Assembly (NCBI GenBank): GCA_024137785.1
Contig: JAHRHZ010000021.1
Span: 42,520,305-42,583,244 of the forward strand
Direction of reading: 5' to 3'
DNA from: Ginglymostoma cirratum
Taxonomy: Eukaryota
DNA length: 62,940 nucleotides
In this document: positions 23,641 through 36,942 of the stretch, in pieces
Layout: each line of letters starts with the position of its first letter
Numbering within the stretch: position 1 is the first letter of the stretch
The notes under the pieces: model-generated
What the model saw: the letters and a program-made list of their open reading frames with translations, nothing else
Told to the model about the DNA's origin: nothing
Database searches by the model: none
Translations under genes and position numbers: made by a program

Positions 23641-26600
23641 ACAAACATAACACAAGAAATAGGAGCAGGAGTGAACCATACAGTCTGTTGAGCCTTTTTC
23701 ATTGTTAAATATAATTCTGGCTGATTTCACACTTCAACAGCACTTTTACGCTCTCTCCTGATAATCCTTGAATCTTTGAGAGACTAAAAATTGTCTAAAC
23801 TGGAAAATAGTAGCTGAAGAAAAAGCATTTGCAACCCATTTGGATAGAGCATTCCAAAACATCACAACAATTTAGGTGAAGAAGTCTTCCTTATCCCAGG
23901 CCTAAGTAACCATGGTGCCTGAGTGTTCTGGATTCCCAACCAGTGGAAATAGCCCTCCAGTGTCTACCATGTCAAGATCTTTCAAAATTTTATGTATTTC
24001 AGTGATGGCAGCCCCAGATCATGAATATATGCTCCATATAGCTTCTTTGTATAGAACAATCCTTTCATCACTAATACCATCTAGCTAACCTTCATTATAC
24101 TGACTTCAATACAAACATGGTGATGAAAACTGCGTATAGTATTCCAGGTGTAGTCTTAAAGATTTGTACAATTGTAGCAAGACTTGCTCCTTAACTCTAA
24201 TCCCCTCGAGGTAATCGTCAACTCACCATTTGCCATGTTAATTACTTATTGTACCTGTGTGCTAACTTTGTGAGATGAATGTTAGTTCTGAATGTTACCA
24301 TTTATGAATTTCATACCCCTTAAAAATAGTTTACTGTTCTATTCTTATGACCAAAATGAATAAACTCTCACTTCCTCACATCATACTCCAACCAACATTC
24401 TGTCGCCTTTTCACTTAGCAAGTCCATATCTCCTGGCAGTCTCTGTATCCTCCTCATAACTAACTTTTCCACATAGCTTTGTATTATCAGCAAGCCTAGG
24501 TTGTGATTTGAATCTTTTTCTAAATCATTAATATAGATTGTAAATAGGTGAGGGTCCAGCACCATGCTTGTGGCATTCCATTAGTTACAACATACTGTTG
24601 GGTCTCATATTTTCCAATGAGAGTCTGAGTCTGGTGGTAGATTCAGGTATAACTTCATTACTGATTCAGCTTTTCTTTGCAGTAAGGAGCACAAAAACTT
24701 CAGATTGTATACAGTTAAAACTTAGAGTGCACATCTCCTCTTCCCCCCTCCCCCTTGATACTATTAGTCAGCAACGTTGAGATTTCCCTCTGTAATTGGC
24801 TCCCTGGTACAGCAGCTTAAAGAGATGGACAGGCTGGTGGTCCACCAACAGTCATGATGTTTTCACAGACTTTAATGATAAAGGGACCACTTCTATTGCC
24901 TGAAACTGGTTTGAAATTTTTCTTTTGTTGATTTTTTTGGATATATGTGGATTCATAACTCCCTCAGAATCTATATCTATAATTATCTGAACGATCTGAA
25001 CTAAAACCTACTCTTAATATTGTAACAGATTGATTAAATAATTCAAGAGAAACAATTACTTAGAGTATCTATGTAAGCTATTGCAGCTACTCACTCTGTT
25101 CAGCCTATAACCTTGATTAAACAGTCTTGCTATTGTTCGACTTACTGAGACTACATTAAGCAAATATTTTCCTAAGGCTTGCTCTCTTTGGTTGGCCATG
25201 GTCTGCTGCAGTCTGTCAGCTATTTTCTGTTCAGTTATGGGCAGCCAATGGCCATTTTGTGCTACTTAATTACAGGCATCCCTAACACATACCAACTTGA
25301 GAATTTCTCATTTATGTCTATTCTTTGCTTCTTGATCTTCAACCAATCCTCTCTTCATGTTAATATTATTACTACTAACTCAACGAGCCCATGTTGTGCA
25401 TATTAAATTTTCATGTGACACTTTTTATTGAATGCCTTTCAGAAATCCAGATACACTACATATTCTAATTCTCCTTTATCTACTATTTTTGTATCTTCAA
25501 AAAATCAATGTCAAAATAACGAGTTTTGTAAAACCATGTTGACTTTATCTAATGATACAGTGAGTTTCAAGATACACTGTTAAGAATTCCTTTAATAATA
25601 GATTCCAGCATCATTTTTTGATAACTAAACTAATTAACCTGCAGTTCTTGTTTACCTTCTCATTCCTTTCTTGAGTAGCATTGTCACATTTGCTAACTTC
25701 CAAGCTGCTGGAACAATTCCTCAATCTAGTGAATTTTAGAAAATCATTATCTCTGCGGCTTTAAATATTTATTATGCACCCGAGGATGTAGGCCATCAGG
25801 TCCTGAGAATTTGTCAGATTTTGATCCTTTAACTTCCTCCGGTATGCTTTTTTTTCCCTCTGTGGATATCGATTACATTAATTTTCTCATTCTTCCTTAG
25901 TGCCCATGTTTACATTTATTTCTGGTATGCAATTTGTGTCTTCCACTGTGAGGGCAGACACAAAATATTTACTTAATGTCTCTATCATTTCCTCATTTTC
26001 TCTTTTGCCTGATTTTGCTTCTGAGACACCAATGTTTACTTACTTGTAATTACTCTTACAATTTTCTATTATATATTTATAAATCATTTACTTTTAGATT
26101 CTATTTCCTGTCTTATTATCAATTTTTTTGGTTGACCTTTGCTGGTTTCTAAAACATTCCTGAGACAACTTTTTTCCAAATTTCTAAGTCATCTTCTGAT
26201 GTAATACTATGCTTACATTCCTGAGTAAGCTGCAGGTGAACCTTTAGTGCTGAGTGGTTGTTTTTCAGTGGAATGCATTTTGTTGAGCCTGCTGAGTGTT
26301 TCTTAAAATGTTTTCCACTCTTTATCAACAGCCATATCTATTGGCCTATTTGGCCGTTTCTCTCCTGATGACTACAGTGAAGTACTTGTGTTTGGAGTCA
26401 ATTTCCTTCAATCTTTAGCATGAAACCCATAATGTAATTGATCACTAATTCCAGTGGATCTTTTACAATGAATTTAGTCCTGCGTAATGAGACAATGTTA
26501 ATTGATAGATGTAAAGGTGCTTTCTTCAACTTGGTTCCACACCGTATCGTGCCACAAAACCGTTATAAAATTCTACAAACATCTTCTTTGCCACCCTTTC

Positions 26601-26830
26601 CAATTTGATTGGTCTCTTCTATATGAAGGTTTAAAGTTCCCCATAATTATACACCGCCTTTGTTCCACAAATATTTTGTTTAATGTTCTATCAATAACAT
26701 TTACAACTGTTAGGATGGCCTAGAAACTATCCAACCAGCATTTTCTGACTCTTGCTATTCCTAATGTCCAACTGTTACTTTTCTAATTTGTGATTTTCTT
26801 AGCCAAGATCCTTTCTCATTAATGGTGTTA
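23641..26830 (-). mobile_element. Ancient, fragmented CR1 LINE (interrupted about 24600-25370)
   Basis: Reverse CR1 terminus at 23641 (cataacacaagaaataggagcaggagt). Minus ORF LDPHLFTIYINDLEK. Remnants resembling DF.KAFNKV and QHGF lie near 25430-25545. Confidence 0.65.
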
Positions 26831-28575
26831 TGTTTACTGTTAGGGTATCCTTCCTCCTTCATATTCTGTCAATATTTTCTCAATGTGTCCCTGGAACATT
26901 TATTTTCTCATCTTGGTCACCATTCTCAACCTTATCCTTCATTCCCCTACAGGCCTGTCCAAGCTGTTTCATATTCTCTGCATCTCTCTATTCCCCACAT
27001 TCACCATGCCTCATCCATGACCCCTCAAACTCCCAAAGCCACCCCCTACTCCCACCATGACCCTGCATGTCTCGCTGCCACTCTATGTCCCCCATGTTTC
27101 CTCCATAACCACTCACCCAGTGCCCAATGTGGGCAGACTACAGGATGTCTTTGAATCGTAATGGCAACAGTTATCAAAACAAACCATGATGACTCATGAG
27201 AAATGAAACTGAAAGAACGTATGGTGTTACTTTTCAATTTCAAATACAATTGCCTGTCAATAAGGGAGTGGTATAGGTAGTTAGATTTTCCAACTTCTAA
27301 TAGCAGGGCAATTTTGTTCAAAGTTAAGGACTACCTGACATTCAAATCAAAGTTCAGAACATGATAGAACCTCTTAAGGGCAATGAGGGATGGGGAATAA
27401 ATACTGGCCAGCCAGTGACACCTACATCTAACGAGTGAATTTCAAAAATTATATATCTATAGTTGCGCAACACTTAAACAATCCTGTTCAATGCAATGGT
27501 CAACTTGCTTTGGCAGATCAGAGCCTAATGATAAATTATTTTCAGTTGAAGAACATCTATGTTATGATACATATCTAATAGTGAAATTTGATGTCACTCT
27601 GGCAGGTCTCAAAATGTTCTCAACTTCTTCCCAACAACTTTGAAATCTACGGGCAGGGATTTTTAGAGATTCTAACACCTGCGCCAACATGCACACAAAT
27701 AGCAAGGAGGCGAAAATTCAGATTTTCCATAGATCACGTAATGGTGACACCCAGTTCCCCCCCACAGCCTCAAAAGGTATATCCAATGTTATGAGTTCCT
27801 GTCCCACAAAAGAAAAGTCACAAGAATAGCACAGGTATGAGGAGGCACTGTGAATTTGACAATTGTCAAAAAGTTCATTGAGATGTTGATTGATATTCTT
27901 AAAAGGCTATTAAAGTTATCTGTCTTTGATATGGTAAGTGATTAAGTGTTGAGTTGTTTCATTGGACAAAACTTGAGTATCACTGATATTTAGTCTGTGC
28001 ATATTTTGTCGAAGCTATTCATCTTGTACATTAGAGATTTCCAGTATTATTTGAATGATAGCCCCATTAGATTGTTAGTTTATTTTTAATGTCAGTTTAA
28101 AAGATATGGATATTGGGTCAGTGGTTGTGGAGGATCCATGAGAGACATAGAGTGGCATGCCAGCATTGCATTCTTGTGTACCTATACAATACCTATTTTA
28201 TTCTAAATCAGGCCTGATAGCAGCTTGACATAGCAGACATGCTGAATTGTGGTGAGCTCTGTGCTGAAGGAAATATCACCAGTCACAGAGACAAAGAGAT
28301 GGCTGGTGGTGAATTTAACCTGAGGGCCAACATGCCTTGGGTGAGGGGCAACTTTGAGAAGGAAGGACCTTCAGTGGTGCCATCAGCTCATGTTGGCATT
28401 GAACTCATTACTCTGCATCACAAAACAGCCAACTAACCAAGCTAGCTGACCCATCCGCAACAGTTCCCAGACAACTGTGCAAAATAGAGTTTAGTTTGTA
28501 CATGCTCAAATCATGAACAAGACCTGGAGACATGAAAAGTTACAGTAAATGCTCGTTAATAAACCATTTTTGGTG

Positions 28576-29512
28576 ATTTTTATTATTCATTCATGGGACG
28601 TGGGCATCACTGGCTGGTCAGCACTTATTGTCTATTCCTAGTTGCCCTTGAGAAGGTGAAGGTTAGTTGCCTTCTTGAACTGCTGCAGGCCATGTTCTGT
28701 AGGTTGACCCACAATGACCAATGGAGGGAATTCTATGATTTTGACCCAACAACAGTGAAGGAATGGTGATATATTTCCAAGTCAGGATGGTGAGTGGTTG
28801 GAGGGGAACCTGAAGGCGATGATGTTCCTGTGTATCTGCTGCCCTTGTCCTTCCAGATGGAAGTGGTCATGGGTTTGGAAGGTGCTGTCTAAGGATCTTT
28901 GAATTTCTGCAGTGCATCTTGTAGAACGCACACACTGCTGCTACTGAGCATCAGTGGTGGAAGGAGTGGATGCTTGTGGATGTAACGCATATCAAGCAGG
29001 CTGCTTTGCCTTGGATTGTGTCAAGTTTTTTGCGTGTTGGAGCTGCACTCATCTGGGCAAGTAAGCAGTGCTTCACCACACTCCTGACTCATGCCTTGTA
29101 GATGGTAGACAGGCTTTGGAAAGTCAGGAGGTGAGTTACTCCCCGTCGTATTCCTAACATCTAACTAGCTCTTGTAGCCACTGTATTTATGTGGCGAGCT
29201 CAGTTGAGTTTCTGGTCAATGATAATCCTACGGATGTTGATAGCAGGGGATTTAGTGATGGTAACACCATTGAATGTCAAGGGATGGTGGTTAGATTGTC
29301 TCTTATTGGAGATGGTCATTACCTGGCATTGTATGGCATGTATGTTACTTGCCACTTGTCAGCCCATGCTTGGACATTGTCCAGATCTTGTCGCATTAAA
29401 CATGAACTGCTTCAACACCTGAGGAGTCACAATTGGTACTAAACATTGTGCAATCATTGGCAAACATCCCACTTTTGACCTTTATAATAGAGGGAAGATC
29501 ATTGATGAACGT
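28576..29512 (-). mobile_element. CR1-group LINE family 2, 3' part
   Basis: Minus strand reads RSKVGMFANDCTMF..QDLDNVQAWADKWQVT; ends in ..gatgcccacgtcccatgaatgaataataaaaa. Confidence 0.82.
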
Positions 29513-30281
29513 TTTTTCAGTAATAAGCTGCCAACTGTCTTAGATAACTTACAATAACAGGTACACCTTTGTTTGAAATTCTGTGACTTTAACAGCACAG
29601 ATTAAATTAGTTGTCAGAATGCAAGTTATACCTGTATTCCAAAGGGATTTTGAGTTTGTTGTCTGATTTGAGCATTCTACTGTCTATAATTTTATCTTTA
29701 GTTTCATAGCAATATCTGAATTTCTCGAATAAATTAATATATTTTCATATTCCCAGAGCTCTGTGTAACTAACCTACTGTAATGAATATTGCTTTGACTT
29801 TAAAACAATTAACAAAATATACTGGAAATTTCACCACACAAATCCTCAATGAATGTGTTTTTATAGGCGTTTCCTGGTATCGTAACTGGACAATAACCCA
29901 TTCATTCAAAATTAAACTATTAAAACAAGCTGCCCTATCCTTATAAATGTATTTTAATTAAATTTTAACTTGGTGCCATACAGAGCAGAAAGTCTCATTC
30001 AATTTCCAGTTCCTATTAAATTGGATATAACAATTGACTTGAGTGCCCTTGGGTCAAGGATGTGAAATGAGTCAATATTTCCTGATTTTAATTCATATAT
30101 AATTGCCCAGATAAAAGTTACAAGTGTGCAGATGCCAAGTGGGGATCAGTTTAGGCTTAATGTTTTTTTTAAACAATTTTACCTTTCTTCCTTATTATGA
30201 AGAAGCTGCCTTTTGACAGTTCTGTGAAAAAGTCTGTCCATGCATTGGAAGGGTTTTTGAAATATTTGTGCTTTGATCCAG

Positions 30282-30432
30282 CTGGCGGTTTTCTGTGAGG
30301 TGCTGACCATGCAAAAGTCTGGCTACGCTATGTTAATCGATTACCTCCAGAACAACTACAGGGAGCAGCAGTACCAATTCATTGGACAGGTCTTCTCCTC
30401 CTATTCAGGCACAGAAGAGATTCATGAGCCAG
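30282..30432 (+). CDS. PTPRZ1: PTPRZ1 exon 8 equivalent (end of CA-like domain)
   Basis: tgatccag| ... |gtaggt; 151 nt, phase 0/1; [50 protein letters not shown]. This sequence favours PTPRZ1 over PTPRG. Confidence 0.97.
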
Positions 30433-30789
30433 GTAGGTTCAAAACAGTTTGCCATTGTAAATCTCTAAATGTTGCATTGGATATTTTCTGATGATAGACC
30501 TTTTGCAGAAGAAATAATGTGCGTTTATATAAACTACCATGACTTCAGGTAATCCAAAAACACTTTATAGCTCGTGAACTGCTGTCATGTGGGAATCCGT
30601 AATGAAACTACAGCTTGTTTGAATCTTAGAGTGTTTATCATCAGAAAGTAACTATAATTTTAACTGCTGTATGGGTTAGGCTCAATGAATCTTGTGCAGC
30701 AGTTAACTGTTGCCCACTTGATTGAAAGGAAAGAAAGAAATTGTACCTGTGTAATATCTTTTATCTTCTAGAGTATTAACACAGATCTT

Positions 30790-31650
30790 TTGCTCATACA
30801 TTCTGGATCATTCATGACTACTCAGATACTAAAGCAGACGAGGTCTACATGCAGCAAGGCCTGGACAACATCCAGTCCTGAGCTAATAAGTGGCAAGTCC
30901 ATTCATGACACACAAATGCCAGACAATGACCAATTCCCACAAAAGAATCTTACCATTTCTCATTGATGTCAATGGCATAATCATGACTTAAATCCCTACT
31001 TTCAACATCCTGAGGGCTACCATTGACCAGGAACTGGACCAATATAGAAATACTAGGTCTACAAGAGCAGGTCAGAGGCTGGGAATTCTTTGATGAGTAA
31101 CTTACCTCCTGTCTTCCCCAAGCCTGTCTACTATTTACCTGACGGAGGTCAGGAGTGCGATAGAAAACTCCCCCCTTGGCTGGATGGGTTCAACTCCAAC
31201 GATATTGTCAAAGCTTGACACCATTAAGAATATAGAATCCTACTTGACTGACACCCCATCCACCTCCTTCAACATTCAGTCTCTTCATCGCTGATGCATT
31301 ATCAAGCAGTGTGTTCCATCTATAAGATGCATTACAGTAACTCATCAAGATTCCTTTGACAGCAGCTTCCATGACATCTGCTATATAGAAGGACAAGAGT
31401 AACATATCCATGGGAACCCCACCACCTGCAAGTTCACCTCTGAACCATACTCCAGCCTGACTTGAAACAGTATCACTATCACTATTCCTTCACTGTCACT
31501 TGGTCAAAATCTTGGAACTCCTCCCCACCAGTACTGTGGGTGAACTTTCACCCTACGGACTGCAATGCTTCAAGAAGGTAGTTCATCACCAGCTTCTCGG
31601 GCAATTAGGGATGGCTTAGCCAGCAACAACCACATCTCCTGAAAAATTTT
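30790..31650 (+). mobile_element. CR1-group LINE family 2, 3' part (inverted relative to 28576-29512)
   Basis: atgcagcaaggcctggacaacatccag..aagtggcaag = MQQGLDNIQ..KWQ; ends gggcaattagggatggcttagccagc..cacatctcctgaaaaa. Confidence 0.8.
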
Positions 31651-33819
31651 TTTTAAAAAAAATCCTTGGAATGGGTTTTGAAACCACATGCTTCTGATTC
31701 AGAAGGGAGAGAGCCATGGTATACAATTTTATTCAATTCATTATAAGCACTAAGAGAAGAGGAGCCATAACACAGTGTGAAGTTGACTGGAACGCAGGAG
31801 GCTGATGATATGATCTTGGCTGTTCTGTGTAAAGATCCTGGCCTGACACACTGCATACACTTGCATCTCAATGAACTGGTCTTGCCCATATTGTAAGGTC
31901 AACTCATCTGAATAATTTGGTGTTTTCTGAACTAAGCATCTGTGGGAATGTCACGCGTCAGGGGATGCTATAATCAGTACTATGTCATATCTCAGTCTTC
32001 AGGAATATTCAAGTATACAGGGTGGTAAGTTCAAATAAAAAGCAAGTTGCGCTTGGCTTGTTCATACCTAATAGATATGAATTGCAAACACAGAAACCTG
32101 AAGGATGGTATTTTTGGCATCCGAAGAGTACAGAAATTAATAAATTGCTATGCAATATTTGGAGATCAGATTAAGGATAAATTCACCTAAAAAGCTGAAA
32201 GCATATCTGTTGTTTGTATCTTGGTGAAGTTTAAGTTATACGACAGTGCAGTTAGCATGATTATAACATAATTGAGGACGGCAGAACAAGTCTCTATGGA
32301 GAAGATAATGGTTTCCTTCAACTTGGAATTTGTTAGACTTGGCCCTTCTTGACTGGTTTGAAATTTTATTCCTTCCAACACAACATTTTAATGTAATTTG
32401 ATTCTATTCTAAGCTCTGACAATCTGCTACACTTTTCTTTGACAGTCACTGTCATCTAATTTGGCTCTATTGCATTCCTCATCTCTTATTCTGCATCTTA
32501 ATACTCTCTCCCAGTTCTGTCCTTGTCTGCCTCATTCTGTCTGAAGCTTCCTATCCCCCTCTAGAATTCAGCCGAATGTACAAAATTCACCCCATGTATA
32601 ACCTTATTCACAAAAATACATTGAACATAAATTAAAATGAAAAACGCTTTCTTAAGCCTATAAGCGCCCTCTTGTGTTAAGAAATAGATAAATGTCAGAA
32701 AATCTGCAATGTCATTTAGTGCCCCGCTGGAGTGGGGTGGGGAGTGGTGCTAATAATCAGCTGGGATGTCATAGGGTGGTGAGCCCGTCTTTTTCCCAAC
32801 TCCCCCAAGTGAACAGAAGACATGGAAGATCGAGGAGCTCCTGCCACTCATTCTCCTCTGCCTTCAGCTTTGAGGCCTGCTGTAGTTCCAGGGGTGCCCA
32901 TCTCTCTGGGTGGTATTGCTGTGGCTGAAGAGTTGCTGGGCCTCTGACCAGTAGGACTTGGAAATGGGATCCTGGTATAGGCGGCCCAGGGAAACCTGAC
33001 CACAGGTGACAGGCCACGGACAGAAAGTTGGCTTCATTGAGCTTCCCTGAAATGGCCACACCAGCTTCCTAGCTAGCGAACCAGGCCACTGACACAGACA
33101 TTAAGCTCAACCCAAAACGTTGCTCAAATTTACTGTGAGCAGTTGTGTTGTAAATCAAAGAAGCAGGTGAGGTGAGGACCCTGAGGCAGAGAGTCAGCTC
33201 TGCCGTACCATGGTAACACTGAGGCTTGAGTAGAAGAAGAGGTAAGAGCAACATTTCCTCTAATTTTTCTAGCCACTGAACTCACGGTCAGTGCATGGCA
33301 GCAATGGAATATATGTTGACACATTGATATGAGTGAAGTGTGGCTGATCAGTTTAGAGGAAACGTTGGGAGACAGCATTTAATTTTAAAGGCTAATCTTG
33401 CTTAAAACCAAGGGCTACTTTCCTGCAATTTAGCATTTTGCTTAAAGCTGCTGTTTTAAATTAATTATCTCCTGGGGGGCCAGCAGAGTTGGTTCTGTGA
33501 GGGAGCACTGTCCTGAGATGCTTGGCTGACTTTCAAATACTATGGGAGTAATATGACAGGGAAGTTGTGAGCTGATTAGTTTTTGACCGAAAAACTGTTT
33601 GGGATTATGTTTCAACCTTAGTAGTGTTAAAAAACAAATTTCTGAACAAGCCACAGGGAAAGAAAGCATTCGTGGGCAGAGGCTAGCAAGCTGATTTGTC
33701 GGTAAGGAATACAAATTTCTACTCTCTACCTGGCTACCGTTTACAGTTAATAGTTCAAGAAACTTAAATAATTTTTTCTACTTGGCTTAAGTTTTGGTTA
33801 TGAGTAATTTAATTTCAGG

Positions 33820-35757
33820 TATGGCAGGGGAACCCTGTCCCTTGTGTTGCGAACTCTTAGATGCTCCTGCCAGTCTGAATGGCCACGTCTGTAGGAGGTG
33901 CCACTAGTTGGAATAGTTTGAGCACTGGCTTTTGTAGCTTGAGTGTTGGCTGTCATCGCCACATTATGCAGTTGCGAGGCAGAGTTATGTGGATAGCATG
34001 TTTATTGAACTGGTCACACCACAGTTCAAAGAAGAGCAGCCAACAAAGGAGTGGGAGACCACCAGTCAGAATAGTGAGGCAGACAGGTCGTCAGGAAAGG
34101 TCTGGAGTGCATCTCACCCAGGAACAGATTTTCTGTGTTGGTAAATGATTGGAGTGATGGTTGCTCTGGGAGGGTGTAGCCACAGTCCAGTTGCACCAGG
34201 TGGAGAGGAGAAAGCAAGAAAGAGCAATAGTGAGAAGACACTCAATAGCAAGGGCTACAAGTGGGTGTTTCTGCTGCCACAGATGTGACTCCAGGACGGT
34301 GCGTTGGCTTGCTAAGGCCAAAATCAAGGATGTCACTGCAGGGTTTTGAAAAGAGTGAACAGTCAGATGTCACAGTTCACATTGGTGAACCTAGGTTTAA
34401 AAAGAGCGATGAATTCCTGCAACAAGAATTTAGGGAGCCAGGTAGCAGATTGAAAAGCAGGACCTTAAGGGGTGTACTTGCATTATTCCTAGTGCCACAT
34501 GCTGCTGAGTATCAAAATAGACAGGGAGAACAGATGAATATATAGTTAATGAGTTAGTGGAGGAGGGAGGGCTTCAGATTCTAGTAAAGGTAGGAATTGT
34601 ACAAATCTGGATTGCATCTGAACCAAAACAGGATCACATCCTTGTTGGGGGAAGGGCTAGCTTGTGCTGTTGGTGGAAGCTTAAACTAATTCAGCAGGGG
34701 TATGGGGTATGAAGAGTAAGTGCAATAGGGAGTGACACGCAGGCAAATATAAAAGAAAACAAACGAGTCAGTTTGAAAGGCAAAGCATATATAGCCAAGT
34801 TAAGGCACAAGGGCACATGGCAAGGCTGGATAGCATTCATTCTATTACAAGCAGTCTAGCAAGTAAGGCAACTGGGTTGCAGATTAACTCATGGGGATGT
34901 GATATCATTGCTATTACGTTAGACATCTTTAAGAACTGGCAGCTCAATATTCAGGCAAGGCAGGGAGACCGTGTAGAGGAGGAGGTGGTTTCACAATATT
35001 GATCAAGGAATCAATAACTGTGATAAGGAGGGATGCTGTTGCAGATGATTCCTTGATTTAGGTCATTTGGTAGAATGTAAAAACAAAAAAAAAAGCGATG
35101 ACTTTAAGATTGTTCTATAGATCCCCAGGCAGTCAGGGAGAGGTAAAAAGACAGATACGTAGGCAAATCTCAGAGAGGTGTAAAAATAATAGGGTAATAA
35201 TAGTAGTGGGATTTCAACTTCCCCAATACGAACTGGGATTAAAATTGTGAAAGGTTTGAAGGAAATTCTTAAAATGTATCTAGGAGAAGTTTTAAGAAAC
35301 GGGGTGGTGCTGGACCTAATTTTAAAGAACAAAGCCAAGCAAGTGGCAGAACCGTCAGTGGAGAAGCATTTCAGTGACAATGCGCATAACTGTGTAGGGT
35401 CTAAGGTAGCCATGGAAAAGGACAAAGATTGACTGGAAGTATAGGTTCTGAATTGGGGTGGGCTGATTTTAATATGATAAGACAGGGTTTAGCCAAAGTG
35501 ACCTTCAAGCAGCTATCTGTAGGAATATCCATATTGGAGCAGTGTGAGTCTTTCACAAAAGAAATGGTAAAAGCGTAGAACAAAAAAAATGGTGAAAGTG
35601 AGAACAACAAGCCCAGAAAATCCTGGCTGTTGAGGAATATACGGAATTGGATAAGGATAGAAGGCATGTTTAATGGGCACTGAGGTCTCAAATCAGAGGG
35701 AGCCCCTACAGTCATGTAGAAAGCGAAGGGGATAGTTAAAAAAAGAAATTAGGAAAA
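33820..35757 (+). mobile_element. 5' half of an old CR1 LINE (ORF1 esterase-like region and APE endonuclease remnants)
   Basis: RAIVRRHSIARATSGCFCCHRCDSRTVRWLAKAKIKDV resembles the CR1 ORF1 GDSIVRG..CCLPGARVxDV region. Later pieces: CDIIAIT, GDFNFP-like, VLDLIL, HFSDNAHN. Confidence 0.7.
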
Positions 35758-36125
35758 CAGTCATAGAGTCATACAGCACGGAAACAGACCCTTTGGTCGA
35801 ACTCATCCATGCCAACCAAGTTTCCCAAACTAAACTAGTCCCATTTGCCTGCATTTGGTCCATATCCCTCTAAACCTTTCCTATTCATTTATCTGTCCAA
35901 ACGCCTTTTAATTGTTGTAATTGTACCTGCAATCGCCACTTCCTCTGGCAGTTCATTCCACATACAAATGACCCGCTGTGTGAAAACATTGCCGTTCAGG
36001 TCCCTTTTTATGTCTTTCTCCTCTCACCTTAAAAAATGCCCTCTTGTTTTGAACTCGCCTACTGTAGGGAAAAGACCTTTCGATTCATTTTATCTATGCC
36101 CCTCATGATTTTATAAATGTGCATA
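35758..36125 (-). mobile_element. CR1 3' end
   Basis: agtcatagagtcatacagcacggaaacagacccttt reverse tail; ttcctctggcagttcattcca is the reverse of WNELPEE. Confidence 0.82.
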
Positions 36126-36140
36126 AGAAGATAGAAGATA

Positions 36141-36310
36141 TCTTCTCCTTTATCCATCTTCTATCCGTCTCCCCCCTCTCTCCCTATTTATTTCAGAACC
36201 CCCCTCCCCTCCCCTATTTCTGATAAAGGTCTAGGCCCGAAATGTCAGCTTTCCTGCTCCTCTGATGCTGCTTGGCCTGCTGTGTTCATCTAGCTCTACA
36301 CCTTCTTATC
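36141..36310 (+). mobile_element. PLE 3'-end fragment with decayed hammerhead
   Basis: tttatttcagaacc..ttCTGATAaaggtctaggcccGAAAtgtcagctttcctgctcc..ctacaccttcttatc. Confidence 0.82.
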
Positions 36311-36475
36311 TTAGAACTATAGCTGTAAGGTTTTTAGAAGAATTTAATTCCAGGTACTGTGTTTTGACAGCGTGCAATCAATCACCTGGCTCACCTTGAT
36401 GATTACACACTAATCTTTGGCCAATCTATAAGTAGTTCAGTATATTCAATATAACTCTGTGCCATGTCTTCCAAG

Positions 36476-36660
36476 TTTGCAGTTCAGAACCTGAAGGTCT
36501 CCAAGCCGACCCAAGGAATAATGCCTCTTTACTTGTTCTGTGGCAAAGACCGAGAGTGGTTTATAGTGCTGTCCTGGAGAGATATGCAGTATTCCATCAG
36601 CAATTGGATGGAGAAGACCAGACCAAACACCAGTTCCTGACAGATGGGGATCAAGACATG
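36476..36660 (+). CDS. PTPRZ1: PTPRZ1 exon 9 equivalent (fibronectin type III, first half); absent from the ORF track
   Basis: gtcttccaag| ... |gtaaag; 185 nt, phase 1/0; (V)[61 protein letters not shown]. Confidence 0.95.
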
Positions 36661-36809
36661 GTAAAGTACAGCTCAGAATGTCAGACATCGCAATAACTTT
36701 TGTAGACTCTTATCAATGGTCAATAAAAAGAGCAACATTGGGAAATGAAGCTAAAATATCAACCTCAAACCCTATCATTCTAACCCGATATTTATCTCTC
36801 TTGTTTCAG

Positions 36810-36942
36810 GGAGCCATTCTCAGAAATTTATTGCCAAACACAAGTTATGTTGTCCAAGTGGTTGCTATATGCTCCGATGGTTTGCGCGGAAAGTACAGTG
36901 ACCGACTAATTGTGGACATGCCTATGGAATTTGAAGACCCAG
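36810..36942 (+). CDS. PTPRZ1: PTPRZ1 exon 10 equivalent (FN3, second half)
   Basis: ttgtttcag| ... |gtaagc; 133 nt, phase 0/1; [44 protein letters not shown]. Confidence 0.96.

Noticed and set aside
8440-30432. Stand-alone carbonic anhydrase gene, or PTPRG
   Set aside because: Zinc ligands are missing and the domain splices into FN3 and a large spacer. The exon 8 sequence and the EEESGSGQ motif fit PTPRZ1.
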